A DNA stretch of 64,000 bases from Rhynchobatus australiae (Eukaryota). Positions 52,155 through 64,000 of this stretch are shown piece after piece. The notes beneath the pieces were generated by a model, which worked only from the letters and a program-made list of their open reading frames with translations, was not told the origin of the DNA and did no database searches. The position numbers were made by a program, and so were the translations under genes. Positions within the stretch are counted from its first letter, which is position 1. Each line of letters begins with the position of its first letter. The DNA is taken from assembly GCA_034780895.1 (NCBI GenBank), contig JAUZTB010000001.1, positions 92,416,100-92,480,099 of the forward strand, in the 5' to 3' direction.

Positions 52155-52720
52155 ACAACAACTAGTATTTATGTAGTACCTCTAATATGATCAAATGTCC
52201 CCAGGGGTAAACCGGGAGGATTACCAAACAAAAAGTCAACAAAATATGACACTGAGCAACAGAGGATAGATGATAACTTAGTCAAAGGGCATACTTGACT
52301 AATTTAAGGAGAACCTTCAAGAAGAAGGCAAAGAGATTTATGGAGGAAACTTCACAACCAACAGTGGTGGATCAATTAGAATCAGGACTGCACAGGAGGC
52401 AAGAGCTACAAGAATGCACAGATATGGAAGGCTGATAGGGCTGAGGGAAGTGGAGATGGGGGGGGGGGGGGGAAGGCCACTGGGAAATGAGAAAACTAGG
52501 TCAAGTATCAGAGAAAAAGCCAGGGTGGCCCAACATGCACAGGTGTAATGGCTGAACAAGACCCGAGACAAATTAAGATGCGGAGAGCAAAGTTTTGGGT
52601 GAGCTCAAATTCATGTGGGGTGGGAGATAATTGACCAATGGAAATAAATTGAGTCCAGAGGTAACAAAAAAATGGATTGGGAATGGTGGCCAGAAAACCG
52701 TTCATGGAGGGAACCAAAGG
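52155..52720 (-). mobile_element. L2 LINE 3' remnant
   Basis: caactagtatttatgtagtacctct (antisense of an L2/DeuSINE-type tail); gagtccagaggtaacaaaaaatggat is antisense to an IH.FVTSGL-like motif. Confidence 0.5.
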
Positions 52721-53079
52721 CAAAGGAAACAGTCCTCACCAGGTTTAGCTCTGGGTGATTTCTGGTCATCCAACATCACACGTCAGATAAACAAATTGGA
52801 GTAGTTCAGGGAGGTGTTTGTGAGATAAAAGTGAATGTCATTATCCTATTTGTTATGTTGAATACATTCTTGTGAGAAAAAAAAATCATTGAACAAAATG
52901 CTTTCATAACATGTTCGTCCCTGTAGATTGCAGAAAGAATCTCATCATGAGTTGTAAAGGTGTGCAGCAAGTGTTTTCCTAATACACTGTATAACATCTG
53001 CATTTAATAAAGACACTGATTTTCTATAGCCAGTAACTGAAAATAGCTGGTTTCTCCCACTCAGTGCAAGATACACAAG

Positions 53080-53372
53080 ACAGAGTGGTACAGCACAGAA
53101 ACAGGCCCTTTGGCCCACCATGTCCATGCTGACCTTTTTGCCCACCTACACTAATCTTATTTGCCCACATTAGGTCCACATGCTTCTACGTCTCGCCGAT
53201 TTAAGGGTCGGTTGAAATGTTTCTTAAATGTAGCGGCTGCATCTGAATCCATCATCTCCACCGGCAGCAAATTCCAGATATCCTCCATTCTCTGTGTAAA
53301 AATCTTTCCCCTCAAATACTATTTTCAACTCCTTCCTCTCACCTTCAACCTATGCCCTCTTGTTTTTGATAC
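53080..53372 (-). mobile_element. CR1 LINE 3' end
   Basis: cagcacagaaacaggccctttggcccacc...ggcagcaaattccagata...cctctcaccttcaacctatgccctct. Confidence 0.8.
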
Positions 53373-54279
53373 TGTATCCCTACTATTGGGGTATCAAAAT
53401 TCTGCTCGAGACAAAGCTGTGACTGCTCATGCTGTGTGTTCCTTCTAGATTATTACACTGCAGATGATCCTGTGTTTTGTAAAGTAATAAAGCTATATTT
53501 TATAAAACTGCAATAAAGCTGTTAGCATTTGATATCTGAAGTGTGTGGGAGGAGGAGGGGGAGGGAAGAGAGGTCCATTCTGTGATACCACATACAATTT
53601 CAGAAGAAGCAAATCAAAAGGAGAGAGCTCAAGAATTGCAAAAAACATCACAAGTGTGCAAACACAGATTTAGTTATATGATTCAACACTCCTGCTTTCA
53701 CACTTTGCACTGAACAGTACATTAAAAAAACATAGGAAGACTCTCAGATTTAACTGTTTCCAGAAAGGCAAAAAGGGGTGGAGGAGAGTGGGTGTCAAAT
53801 CATTTCTGTAAAGATGACAGATCAAAGGATAATACTGGGTCAACGAACCATGAAATCAGCAACAAAAAAGAAATCCAAAGCAGACAATCAGAAAATAACT
53901 ACCAAAGTCAATGTTATATTGAGCCATGACACTCCAAATTTTCAAAACACCCCTCATCACACCAGTAGTTTCATTCATGTAAACAACACACACAAGTTCC
54001 TGATCAGTGCAACTCATAAAATCAACATAACTCAAATGAATAAAGCTAAGGAGGGATTTTACATAAATGGACAAGAACAAACCAATATTTCAGGCGTGCT
54101 TAGATCCTAACTAGTTAGGAAACCAAAACTGTTTTTCAAAATCCAAGTGATGGATTTTCTTTTTTCCTTTCCCTCCTGAACACAGATCTGTCTTATCTTT
54201 AACTAATGCTTGAAAGAGAAGGAAACAGAATATTTTCCTAATAGGATCCCAACAGCTTATTCTCAGCAGAGACCTGGTA

Positions 54280-54592
54280 GTCACTACTGCCTTCTTGACA
54301 CTGTGACCACAAGATGCAATGCCCTGGACAACACCCCGAGAATTCTTCTAAGGGCATCTCCCAAACCCCACAAGGGGAAAGGCACAGAAATATGGAATAG
54401 CAATCGCCTATGTCCATGTCACACACCCCTCCAAGTTGGAAATAGATTGCCTTTCTTCAACCACATGGGGTTCAAATACTGTAATTTTTATAACCAACAG
54501 CACTGAGAGAGTACATTTATCACATGAACCACAACAGGAAGGCAGCAACACTTGGTGGACTGGCACCACCAGTGACATCAACATCCCATTTA
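54280..54592 (+). mobile_element. Decayed LINE 3' end (CR1-group)
   Basis: cacaagatgca, gcatctcccaaaccc, cacacaccc..ttggaaata, aacagcactgagagagtac, ccagtgacatcaacatccc; recognised by recall of elasmobranch LINE 3' ends only. Confidence 0.4.
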
Positions 54593-56480
54593 TTTAAAAA
54601 AGGGTCAAATTTTTAATCGCATGGCTTACACCATTTAGTTTTTTTTAATGCTCAGTCTTTCTCTTAATATTTCAAACCAGGGCATTCACAAACAATTTCT
54701 TAAGAAGTTAAGCTCCTTTCTTCAAACATTTCAGTCCATTCCTTAGGCCTGATAAACGAGAGAGAAGCAGGAGATTAAGAGAAAAGCCTCAGTCACCTTC
54801 ACTCAGTAACAATGACAAGAGAATTTACAATGACCACACTCTGATCTGAAGGCAAGTAGTTAAACAATGTCACTTCTTTGTCAAGTCAAAAATACTCAGA
54901 CATTTAAAATGATGTATACCTAATACAGTGAAATGACCTAATCCAAGAAACCTCTGGCCAAGACAAATCAAACACTTGCATAGAATGAGTGTTACCATTT
55001 TTGGACATGACTGTACAGTATTAACCCAACCCTCATACTTCACAAACTCTTAACAGCTCTAAAATATTTCTCAACGTTGTCTGAAAGGTATCAGAACATT
55101 TTTATAGCACCTAAATCTATTTGTCAGTTTTATTCAAAAAAGAGGAACAGTTTATTGGCTTAGATCAGGCAAAAGAGATCGTGATTTTGGGGTTGAGAAA
55201 AAAGGTGAAGCAAATAAAGGCACAGCATGTTTCGCTTTAAAACAATTGGTCCCAGGCAGTAAATTAAGAATTAACTGCTTCCTATTAGCAGGGTTCCCCT
55301 TTGACAGTTTGTCCATTCGCTGTAGTTTACAAACTCACTCGGGGAGGGGAGAGAAGATAGAGAAGTGTAGGGGACTTAAAGTAAACAGTGGTACCTAGTA
55401 CAGAAGGTATCAAATTTTTAACAAGAATTTCCCTTTGCCAAAGCACAGAGTGCTCTATTTGCTTTCTGCCTCGTATCTGACATTGAAACAGCTCGGGGTG
55501 GGGTTAGACGACTTTCCCAGTCTCAGTAACACCAGGTGAGAAGAGAGAGCGGGACGGCTTCGGCCTTTGCAAGTGCCCAGAGTTCCAAACCGCATGAACT
55601 CTGGAGGTGATTAAAATATAACGCTCAGCTTAAAATTCTTCAAGGGAGAAAGAAAGAGCGCCTCGATCCACTGCTGCAATAGCCAATGGAGAAATTAACA
55701 AGGAGAGTGGGTTCATCGAAACCTTTATTTGGTCCTAATTTAAAATGAGGAACTGGCACTTGGGAAGCCTAAAGTCAGTGGTGCAGTGTTCTGAATGCTG
55801 CCCAGCCAAGACTGGAGGAGAATGGATATCAGAATAGATATCTATGCTGGGCAGAGAGATTACCTATCTAAAGCCAGCACTATACTCAAGCCTGGCTCAC
55901 GTTACCCACTACCTTACTTTGGTAAGGGAGAAGGGAGAAATTCCTCCCTCATTAAAAACACCCTGGGTTTTTTTTGCCCCTTTAAAACTAATATCTGCCT
56001 CTGAATGCTTGCAAACCCGGGAGGATACCGGGCTCTGCATTGCTCAATTAACAGAGACTCGTCCACCGACCATCTGTTGCGTTCAGAACTTCAGCACTCC
56101 CCTCCATCAGAACCCACCTACTTTCCAGGAAGCTCCCCCAGTCCCCCTCTGATCCCGAGGCCAGAGAGGGAAAACACAATGACCCAGCAAAGAATTGGTG
56201 AAAAGAATTACGACCAACAATCTACAGCTTTCACAATTACTGTCTGCCCTTCCCAATCCCCTCCCCCCGTGAGAGTATTCATTTAAAAGGGGCGCAAAAC
56301 AAAAACCTCGCTCATATGCTGAGTTTATCTAATAATACAAAGCATCGGGTGATTAGGAAATGGCTGTCATTTAACCGAATTGATATGCAAGCAAGAAAGA
56401 TAATGCTTTGATCCTCTACGTGAATACACACAGCCGGCTGTGCAGAGATAAAAGCACCCACACAGGGCACTGTTACTTGC

Positions 56481-56591
56481 CTTTCTCTGCTGCTTTTCCC
56501 AGGCTGGATCCAATAAGAGGTCTCTGTCCCAGTCATCCTCCGGCTGCATGTAGTCATCGGGCTGCGAGTGATTTGATTCGTAATGATCCAT
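56481..56591 (-). CDS. ACTN1: Alpha-actinin-1, first coding exon (37 codons, phase 0)
   Basis: Translates [37 protein letters not shown], closely matching the ACTN1 N-terminus as I recall it (human [35 protein letters not shown]). Strong Kozak context (GAAACATGG). Homology stops exactly at QQRK, followed by AAG|GCAAGT. Confidence 0.95.
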
Positions 56592-56660
56592 GTTTCCTTT
56601 CGTGTCTTGCTACAGTCCGGATTGCAAGGTAGCACTGACAAGGGTACAAACCGCGGCACT

Positions 56661-56695
56661 CTCCTCTCCGTCTCCCTCTCCCTCTCTCTCTCTCT
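56661..56695. repeat. Imperfect (CT)n tract in the ACTN1 5' UTR region
   Basis: ctcctctccgtctccctctccctctctctctctct. Confidence 0.8.
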
Positions 56696-56900
56696 TAATG
56701 CAGCTCTCTCGGCTCCACAGTCCCACAGAAACCCAGCGCCAACCCCCGGCCGCGGAAATTCCGCCCCCTCCCGCGCCCATTGGTCGCCCCGCGCCGCCCG
56801 CGCTCACTCCCATTGCTGGAGCGCCCTGTCAGTCACTCCCGCCCATTTGCGCCGGTGGCTTGTGATGGAGGGGGTGTTGGGGGGGGTGGGGGTGGTTGCG
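56690..56900 (-). promoter_or_regulatory. ACTN1 proximal CpG-rich promoter / 5' UTR start
   Basis: Sharp rise in GC and CpG content just upstream of the ATG. GC boxes (CCGCCC 56761), CCAAT on the minus strand (ATTGG 56779-56783), Rel-like GGAAATTCC 56754-56762. No clear TATA box. Confidence 0.75.
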
Positions 56901-57289
56901 GGGAATCTCTCGCATGTGTCGGACAGTTATCATCAAACCGTGCCGGAGAAATGGTGACGTTTGTGATTTTTTTATTAATCCTTCTCAACCCAGCACGTTC
57001 AGGCAAAGTCAGAAATGCAGCAAGGAGGTAAATGTCTGATCCGATTGGAGCCGCAATTTGTTCCATGAAGCAGTGCACCCAACTCACAGTGTGGATGATG
57101 GTGACGGGTCTCAGATGCGATTCCCCTCTGTATGAACGCTGCATTTTGCGGAGCAAAAGGGAAAATACGCGGGATCACATTATACAACTAATTTATATTT
57201 GGCAAAGTTAGAATGATTGTCATAATCCTGCTCAGGTGAAAATACATAATGGCACATATCCGCACTGTGACGAATAAAATACGACAAAG

Positions 57290-58240
57290 CTGAGGTGACA
57301 AAGGAAGCTGCAAGAGGTTAACTCTGTGGGCAAAGATGTGGCAACTGGACTATAATGGAGAAGAAATGTGATTGTGCATTTTGATACAAAATGAAGTTTA
57401 TTGCACAATAGAGCAAGTGGGACATGTTTATTGTCGGGGGAATCAGTATCTGCTTGTGAACAAATTTCAGTTAACCTGCCGTCATCTCAGTAATTAGAAA
57501 ATTGTTACAAAACCGATTTCAGTGTAAGTAGGGTCTGGATCGGAACTTTAAATGTGATCCTTATGGAAGAGCCCATTGAACACACACACACATTATATAT
57601 AGATAGGAAAAGTCACAGTGTCCCCACCCTCCCCGGTCTCCATCACATCCTTGACCACCTGGGTATAAAAAGGTCCTACAACAAGGCCTTTGTGCGATTA
57701 CACCTGGGATACTAACTACAACATAGTTGTCCTTAAAGAGGAATGTGCTTGGCCTCGAGGAAGTCGTTAAAGATTCTTTGGATTAATTCCTGGGGAAGGG
57801 GGGGGGGGGGGAGATTGGGTTTTCCAGGCGCAGAAGTTAAATGGACAAGAGCTACATTCGCGGGGGTGATCTCATTGGAACACTGAATTATTCAGCTGCT
57901 TGATAACGACGCCCTGGTTGACTGATCCCCTGTTTGGAAACTGAAAAGGCTGAGACCAATAGATTTTTGAATACTCAGGCGATGCAAAGATAGTGCAGGA
58001 AATTGGTGTTGAGGCAGATTAGTCATGTTGGTGACACAATAGACTGCAGATGCTGGAATCTGGAGCAACACACAATCTGCTGGAGGAACTCTGTGGGTCT
58101 CGGGGGGGGGGGGGAAGGAGTTGTCAGCGTTTCGGGTCGAAACCATGCGCGAGCATTGTTTAGCCAAGATGGCATTGATCATTGGAGCAGGCTTGAAAGG
58201 CCAAGTGGTCCATGCCTACTTTTAGTTTTTATATTCTAAT
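57290..58240 (+). mobile_element. Highly decayed CR1 LINE with a half fold-back element inserted (~58030-58145)
   Basis: tgggcaaagatgtggcaa...aaatgtgattgtgcattttg (WAKMWQ...KC..HF); gggggtgatctcattg (RGDLI); insert ctgcagatgctggaatctggagcaacacacaatctgctggaggaactc...cgtttcgggtcga. Confidence 0.6.
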
Positions 58241-58859
58241 GTAAACATACAATTATCATCATCGTTATAACACTGAAATCATATTAACTATATGTTCCAC
58301 AAAAGGATTAACAGTTTTAGCATTGATCTAAAGCCTGTTAAATCCTTTAAAGTGATCCATGCATCAGATGGCATTGAGACGGGCAGCGTCTCCCAGAGGG
58401 AAGGTAGTTGTGACGGCGGGCTCTGATTCGGTGGATGTGGACTCGGACCTCTTACATCAAGTTGGGGAGGATACGGAGGACTCCGCGTCAACATCGAGCT
58501 TGTTGTTTGGCCTGTTTATTTCAGTCGGAGGTTATCAATAAAAATCCTAAAACCTCGCAATATTTCTTTGAGTACACGGCAGGTAGACGGACCAGAGTGA
58601 TTCGGGGCCAGGTGACTGTAGTGGGGGCGTGGAATACCCCATAACTGTGGAGATTCTATGCAATAATGTGTTTTAACATGTGAAGTGCACAGGACACTCA
58701 TTACCCAGTCAGATCGAGCCAAAGTACTCATATATTTTTTGGCACACTTCTGAAAATACAGAGGACAGGAAGACGTGACCATCGCTCAAAACGTAATCTT
58801 CAAGATCTTTTATTTCAGATAAATTGTTTCCGAGGTGGCTCAGGGAAAAGGACAAAACT

Positions 58860-59720
58860 TCCCTACACTTCGCGGCTTTGCAAACCCCGACTTGCGCCAT
58901 CAAGTCCTTTGAAAAGAAATTCACATCATCAAGAAACTGCTTTAGTGGGATTCTCCCAGTTACTAACTGCATTTGAGGGCGGGCGTGGATTTGCAAGAAA
59001 AAAAATCACATTTTTCCTTCCAAAGTCAGAAATTCTTTTCTTCTGCAGTAAACATCACGGATTAGGCAAAGACTTTCCCTCCGCCCCGCTCTCTCTCTCT
59101 CTCTCTCGCCCAGTTCACCCGGCGACCAAACACGCGCATTCCACAGATTGCTGGCAAACTTCTGACTCCGGTGGCACAGAAAATATGCAGGGCAGGACCA
59201 ATGCGGGGATCGGACGTTGCCTTACCCGGGATTTACTTTGCCATCTAAGGTAGTCTGCTTTTTCTCAACATCGGCACACACCGAGCCGAACCCACCGCCC
59301 GCCCAGAACTAGGATATATATCGCAGAAAGCTCACTACCATATAAGGACAAGAGACTGAAGGTGACGTTAAGCAGTTCCAGGATTGAGACAAGACACATT
59401 GCAAAAAGGGGAGGGGAGGGGGGACTTTAGTCCTGCCCAGAGCCACACACTGCAGCGCAGACTGGTGCTCAGCCGCACTTGTGACCAGCTATTCAAGTGC
59501 ACGGCCCCGAGAAGCCTGTTAGCGCTTGCAACCACATAGCGCAGTTTTATTTACAGTGGTCATTAAGGTCGCAGTGCGTTACAAGCCGTAAATCTTAACA
59601 GGACCGTGCAGGCAATTTTAGCCTGGGGGGGGGGGGGGGGAAATCCCCTTTTTAAATGTTAGCTGTGGCTCCCTCTCTGGGCTCAGTGGATGAAATACAC
59701 CGCCTGCTTCTGGCTTCACA
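58860..59720. promoter_or_regulatory. Second CpG-rich regulatory region ~2.5 kb upstream of ACTN1
   Basis: Elevated CpG, several GC boxes, a perfect CArG box, a one-mismatch CArG and a TATA-like palindrome; no recognisable repeats. Confidence 0.55.
59338..59347. promoter_or_regulatory. CArG box (SRF site) CCATATAAGG
   Basis: Exact CC(A/T)6GG match inside a CpG-rich block upstream of a cytoskeletal gene that is a known SRF/MRTF target in mammals. Confidence 0.65.
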
Positions 59721-59891
59721 GGGAAAGGAAGCAGTAACGTGATGTCAAATGGGTCAATAGCGGAAGCTAAAAACAAACTGCAGCTGCTGAANNNNNNNNN
59801 NNNNNNNNNNNNNNNNNNNNNNNNNNNNNNNNNNNNNNNNNNNNNNNNNNNNNNNNNNNNNNNNNNNNNNNNNNNNNNNNNNNNNNNNNNN

Positions 59892-60500
59892 CTAAAAAAA
59901 AACTGCAGCTGCTGAAAATCTGAAATAAAGACAGAAAAGGCTTGAAACACACAGGAGGTCAGGCAGCATCTGTGGAAGAGAAACAATAATATAACGGCAG
60001 CATTATTCACAGACGCTACCTGACTTGTTGAATTAGAGAGAGGCTTCACGTTTCAGGTCGCTGACCCTTCATTGCACACGCGAGCCTGAAATAAAAACTG
60101 TGTTGGGAAACGCTCGGCAGTTCAGACGGGGACTGCGGAGAGGTGTTAACATTTCAGGTCCGACGAAATATTAAGAACTGGAAGAAGCTTGACGTGCAAA
60201 GATCTTAAAGCACATGTGCGGCAGCGAGGAGGAGAGTAATAGGGGAGATGTCCGAGTGGATGGGAGATGGAATGAAGTGACGGAAGAATCGATGGTGCAC
60301 AGCAGGAGTGAGTGCAAATAGATGTGGGGGAAAAAGTGTTTGGAAATACTCAGCAGGTCAGGATGCATCAGTAGAGCTAATGTTTCAGGAACTGTTGACT
60401 CTTTCTCTCCCTACAGATGCTGCCTGACCTGCTGAGCATTTCCAGCATTTTCTTTTTTTTAAAAAAAAGATTTCCAACATCGACAGTTTTGATTTTCACA
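59892..60500. mobile_element. Cluster of fold-back element fragments
   Basis: Repeated aggtcaggcagcatctgtgg / cagatgctgcctgacctgctgagcatttccagcatt and gtttcaggtc..gacccttc motifs in both orientations. Confidence 0.7.
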
Positions 60501-60931
60501 GAAATCTACGTGGGACTGCCGATAGGTAAATGGGAACAGGGGGCGTGAAAATGTGAACTTCAAACGGAAATTCAAAGTCAGAGGCCAAAATCAATTCCCG
60601 GATCTACAGCTTCTCGTTAAACCAGTCCCTGTTTTCTGGTAGAGATTCTTCCAAAAGACTCTTCAGAGATGCTAATTTTGGCAGAATTCAGAGAAGACCA
60701 GGTGAGTTGGGAACAACATGAGATCTGTGGGGCACTGAATGACTACAGCCTCCTTTGCAAGGTCTTTGACTTTGATTTTCCTTCAAGTGGGGTTTACTGT
60801 TTCCGTCCAGCACATTGATGGGGATGTGACTAGATTAAGTGGTAGTTATGCATTCATTGGTATGAGTGAATCAGTCATCCTTGTCGTCATTCAGTCAGAC
60901 TACAAGGTTGTATGTCAGGCCTTGGGTCATG

Positions 60932-60976
60932 TCTATTGCTTATAGGGTCTTGTAATGAGACCCTATAAACAATAGA
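60932..60976. repeat. 19-bp inverted repeat (1 mismatch, 7-nt loop)
   Basis: tctattgcttatagggtct-tgtaatg-agaccctataaacaataga. Confidence 0.85.
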
Positions 60977-62119
60977 GTATCAAACAACAAGACCCTATAA
61001 TCTTAAATGAGCCAGAGTATTGATTATGACAAGGTTGTGATTGAACCATTTCATCCTGCTTTCCTGCCAGTTACTGTACACCTTCCCAGATATTTGTGTC
61101 CTCACCAACCCTGTTATTGAGCTCAGAGGCAGATAGATAGTTTGAATCAGTCCATTCCTCACACTGCCTAAGCAGAGCTTGAATGCTCACGATGTAGCAC
61201 ATTTATCTCCTGAGCAGTGGTTGGAGTTCTCTCCACAATATTCATTCACTCCAGCAGTAAAATGGGAAGTAGAATACCTCAGATTTTAACTACCCTTTGA
61301 CTACTTTCTCCCACGAAGCTTAGTCCTTGCAGAGGTACAGTTCAACCTCAATAAGGAATACTGTCCACTGTGCTCTGGGGGTACTGGCTAATTCAACATT
61401 GCAAAATAATCAAACCTCTCAACCTGACTAAATTACACCTAGATAATTTAAGAATATAATTCACTGCCTTGGTGAAGTAGTTTCAACTTCATTCAAAGCT
61501 AAGAACAGGGACAACATTCCCAACTTAGGTTATCCTAAATAGTAAGAAATCACAGATTTTAAATCAATCCTGGTTGTGGTTAGTTTCATTCTAGTACAAA
61601 TGTTTTTCTCTCTTCCCCTATATTTCATACATTTCCACAGCCAAAAACAAGGCAGCTTCATTCAATCTTCATTTCTCAGTTGTTCAGTGACAGTAAAGCT
61701 AGAGGGAAAACTAAAATACCTTGTGTGGCACCAGACTTAAAAAGGCATTCCACTGCTCGAGCTTTAAACGGGAACAAATTCATGGATATTTGGAGTTTCA
61801 ACTTTTCTTGCTGCTGATTCTTAGTTATTTTTGTTTTAAGAATGCACCATGTTTAAATCACTGGTTGTCATTTTAATCCTGTTACAACATAAAAGCAGTG
61901 TTTAAAAAAAAAGATTGTTGTACCAACCTAATTTTGATGCATTATTGAAAGTTTCTTCAGTTGCACGCTGGAGAGTAATTCTTTTTGAGTGGTGAAAGAC
62001 TCAAAATCCCTGAAATCCCAGGAACCCATAAGGGGAATATAAAGAGCCAATTCAGTCTGAAGCTTGAAACCTGGGAGGAGGCATCAGGAGTGGAAAATAT
62101 TACAAGCACGAAGGAAACA

Positions 62120-63400
62120 ACACAAGAAATAAAAGCAGTAGGTTTAATGGCCCCTCGTGCCTGCTCTGTCATTCAGTAAGATCACGGGTGATCTTTTACC
62201 TTACTGCCACTTTTCTACACTAACTATATATCCTTTGATTCCCTTAACATTCAAAAATAGTTTGATCGCCATGTTAAAGATACTCAGCAATTGAGCCACC
62301 ACTGCCNNNNNNNNNNNNNNNNNNNNNNNNNNNNNNNNNNNNNNNNNNNNNNNNNNNNNNNNNNNNNNNNNNNNNNNNNNNNNNNNNNNNNNNNNNNNNN
62401 NNNNNNCTCTTGGGTAGAGAATTCCAAAAGTACACCAGCCTTTCGGTGAAGAAATTTCTTTTCATCTCAGCCCTGAATGGCGAACTCCTTATCGAGACTG
62501 AGACTTTGGTCTAGACGCCACAACCTGGTGAAATATCAACTCCACATCTACCCTGTCAAACCTCATAAGAATTTTATATTTTTCAATGAGGTCATCTTTC
62601 ATACTTCTAAACTTAGGAGTCTTGACCCAGCATACTTAAGTCTCCTACCATTTCAGGAATCCATGTGGTGAACCTGAACTGCATTTCCTCTCTTCTTAGC
62701 TAGGTAGTCCAGACCTGGACCCAATATTCCAGATGCACTCTCAGCAGGGCCATTTATGATTGGAGCAATATGTTGTTGCTCTTGTACTCAAATTCTCTTT
62801 CAATAAAGGCCAAGATACCACTTCTTAGCTGCTTGTTATATTTGCATGTTAACTTGTAGTGATTCACATACACCAAGGGCTCTCTGAACATCAACACCTT
62901 TCAATATTTCATCATGTAAAAAATCCACCTTCCTGCTTTTTCTTTCAAAGTAAACTATTTCTTTATCCCCCAACACTACTTCAGACTCTATTTCATTTCT
63001 CTCTCAACTTACACTAGTATCGTTATGTTTATTTTGTTGTTCAAGTTATGAATAATTTATGTTAATTTAAGTTTATGTAACTTATGCTTGCCACGTTTGT
63101 AATGTACTGTGCTGCTGCTGGAAAAAGCTAATTTTTTTAAATGGCATTTATACCCTGTGTATGTATGCCTGTGACAATAAATCTGAACTTGATGTGACAT
63201 CTTTCTATTTACATCCCATCTGCCACATCCTTTTCATACACTTAGCCTATCAATATCCTCACCAAAGCCTTGCCGGTGATACAGTGCCACCTAGCTTTGT
63301 ATCATCAGCAAACTTGAGCAACTTGGTCACTTCACCCAAATCACTGATGTAGGTTGTGAACTGGGGCCCCAAGCACCAGTCACGCTGGCATCCTCCTCGT
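62120..63400 (-). mobile_element. CR1 LINE fragment, spanning a gap and interrupted at ~62980-63195 by a plus-strand Rex1-like tail
   Basis: Minus ORF KRNFFTERLVYFWNSLP; ccacctagctttgtatcatcagcaaactt is antisense KFADDTKLGG; insert ends gtgacaataaatctgaacttga. Confidence 0.8.
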
Positions 63401-63764
63401 CACAGCTTCCAACACAAAAAGGACCTGTTCATTCCCAATTCCTGTTGCCTTTGTTAAAGTTCAGATGCACCATAACAACTGGCTCCTCCTCATTTACTCT
63501 GCTTGTTACAACCTCAAAAGAACAAATCAAATATTGCTGCCAAGCATGGGNNNNNNNNNNTGATTCCTCCTGGTTACATGGATAGACTGGAGAACCTGGG
63601 GTAGTTTGCCCTCAGAGAAGACTAAGAGATGATGTTTAAAATAATGAAGGGTTTATTCTGTATGGTCCCTATGCAGAGCCTCAATGCTCTCAACACGACA
63701 AAAAATAAAGGCAGTCCTGATCCAGGCTTTGCAATAACAGCAATAAGTTTTCTCATGGAAAGAT

Positions 63765-63885
63765 GCAGCTCAGAAACAGGCCCCATTCAATCTGTGCTGA
63801 CCATTAACCATCTATTTACACCAAGTCTATATTAATCCCGCCTTGTATTCTCCCCACATTCTCATCAACTACTGCCCCCACACCC
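63765..63885 (-). mobile_element. V-SINE/CR1 tail fragment
   Basis: cagctcagaaacaggccccattca...tgctgaccatt...ctccccacattctcatcaact. Confidence 0.6.
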
Positions 63886-64000
63886 CAACCCCTGGAGTCC
63901 GCACTCAATTAAATCACCAATTTAACTGAAGAGAGGGCACTGGCACTGGTTTGCTTAAACTTACCAGTGAATTTGGAGGATTTTGGAGACGTCAGAAGTA

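Larger units (their letters stand above)
1..56480 (-). other. ACTN1: ACTN1 intron 1 (partial, runs off the left edge; 46127-51750 probably foreign)
   Basis: Starts at the donor after exon 1. No exon-2 peptide (TFTAWCNSHLRK...) seen by eye or in the ORF track. A-rich plus strand is consistent with minus-strand transcription. Confidence 0.75.

Noticed and set aside
55722-55732. CArG-like CCTTTATTTGG in proximal intron 1
   Set aside because: Seven A/T bases between CC and GG, so not a consensus CArG.
56367-56480. ORF extension [11 protein letters not shown]... after QQRK
   Set aside because: No actinin similarity; it is read-through past the GC donor.
56583-57156. Overlapping Pro/Gly/Ala-rich ORFs
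   Set aside because: Expected from stop-poor GC-rich promoter sequence.
60932-60976. Possible pre-miRNA hairpin
   Set aside because: Only 45 nt with no extended lower stem; better explained as a micro-duplication.
1-64000. Prokaryote-type systems (CRISPR arrays, operons, rRNA genes)
   Set aside because: Sequence is vertebrate intronic and intergenic DNA; no regularly spaced repeats, gene-dense blocks or rRNA similarity seen.

Overview
Repeat-rich vertebrate genomic DNA with several N-gaps. The repeat set (V-domain SINEs with CR1 tails, DeuSINEs, Rex1/Babar, CR1, L2, fold-back elements) suggests a cartilaginous fish, which is an inference. Only two protein-coding exons are supportable. (1) The first coding exon of alpha-actinin-1 (ACTN1) is on the minus strand (56591-56481), with a GC-rich promoter and a non-canonical GC splice donor. 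No exon 2 was found, so almost everything from 1 to 56480 reads as ACTN1 intron 1. (2) A single intact 1212-bp internal exon of SETD1B is on the plus strand (50147-51358), inside a ~5.6-kb block (46127-~51750). That block has opposite strand skew and is bounded by a duplicated TGA-polyG-AAAGATGGGAGGAA junction and an N-gap. The best explanation is a chimeric mis-assembly, with a real transposed fragment as the alternative. All other ORFs in the track are repeat remnants or noise. I found no convincing new multi-gene system. The best leads are the orphan SETD1B block, the GC donor, a CArG/TATA candidate upstream ACTN1 promoter, palindromic mobile elements with degenerate hammerhead-like cores, and an old local duplication. 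Repeat boundaries are by-eye estimates.
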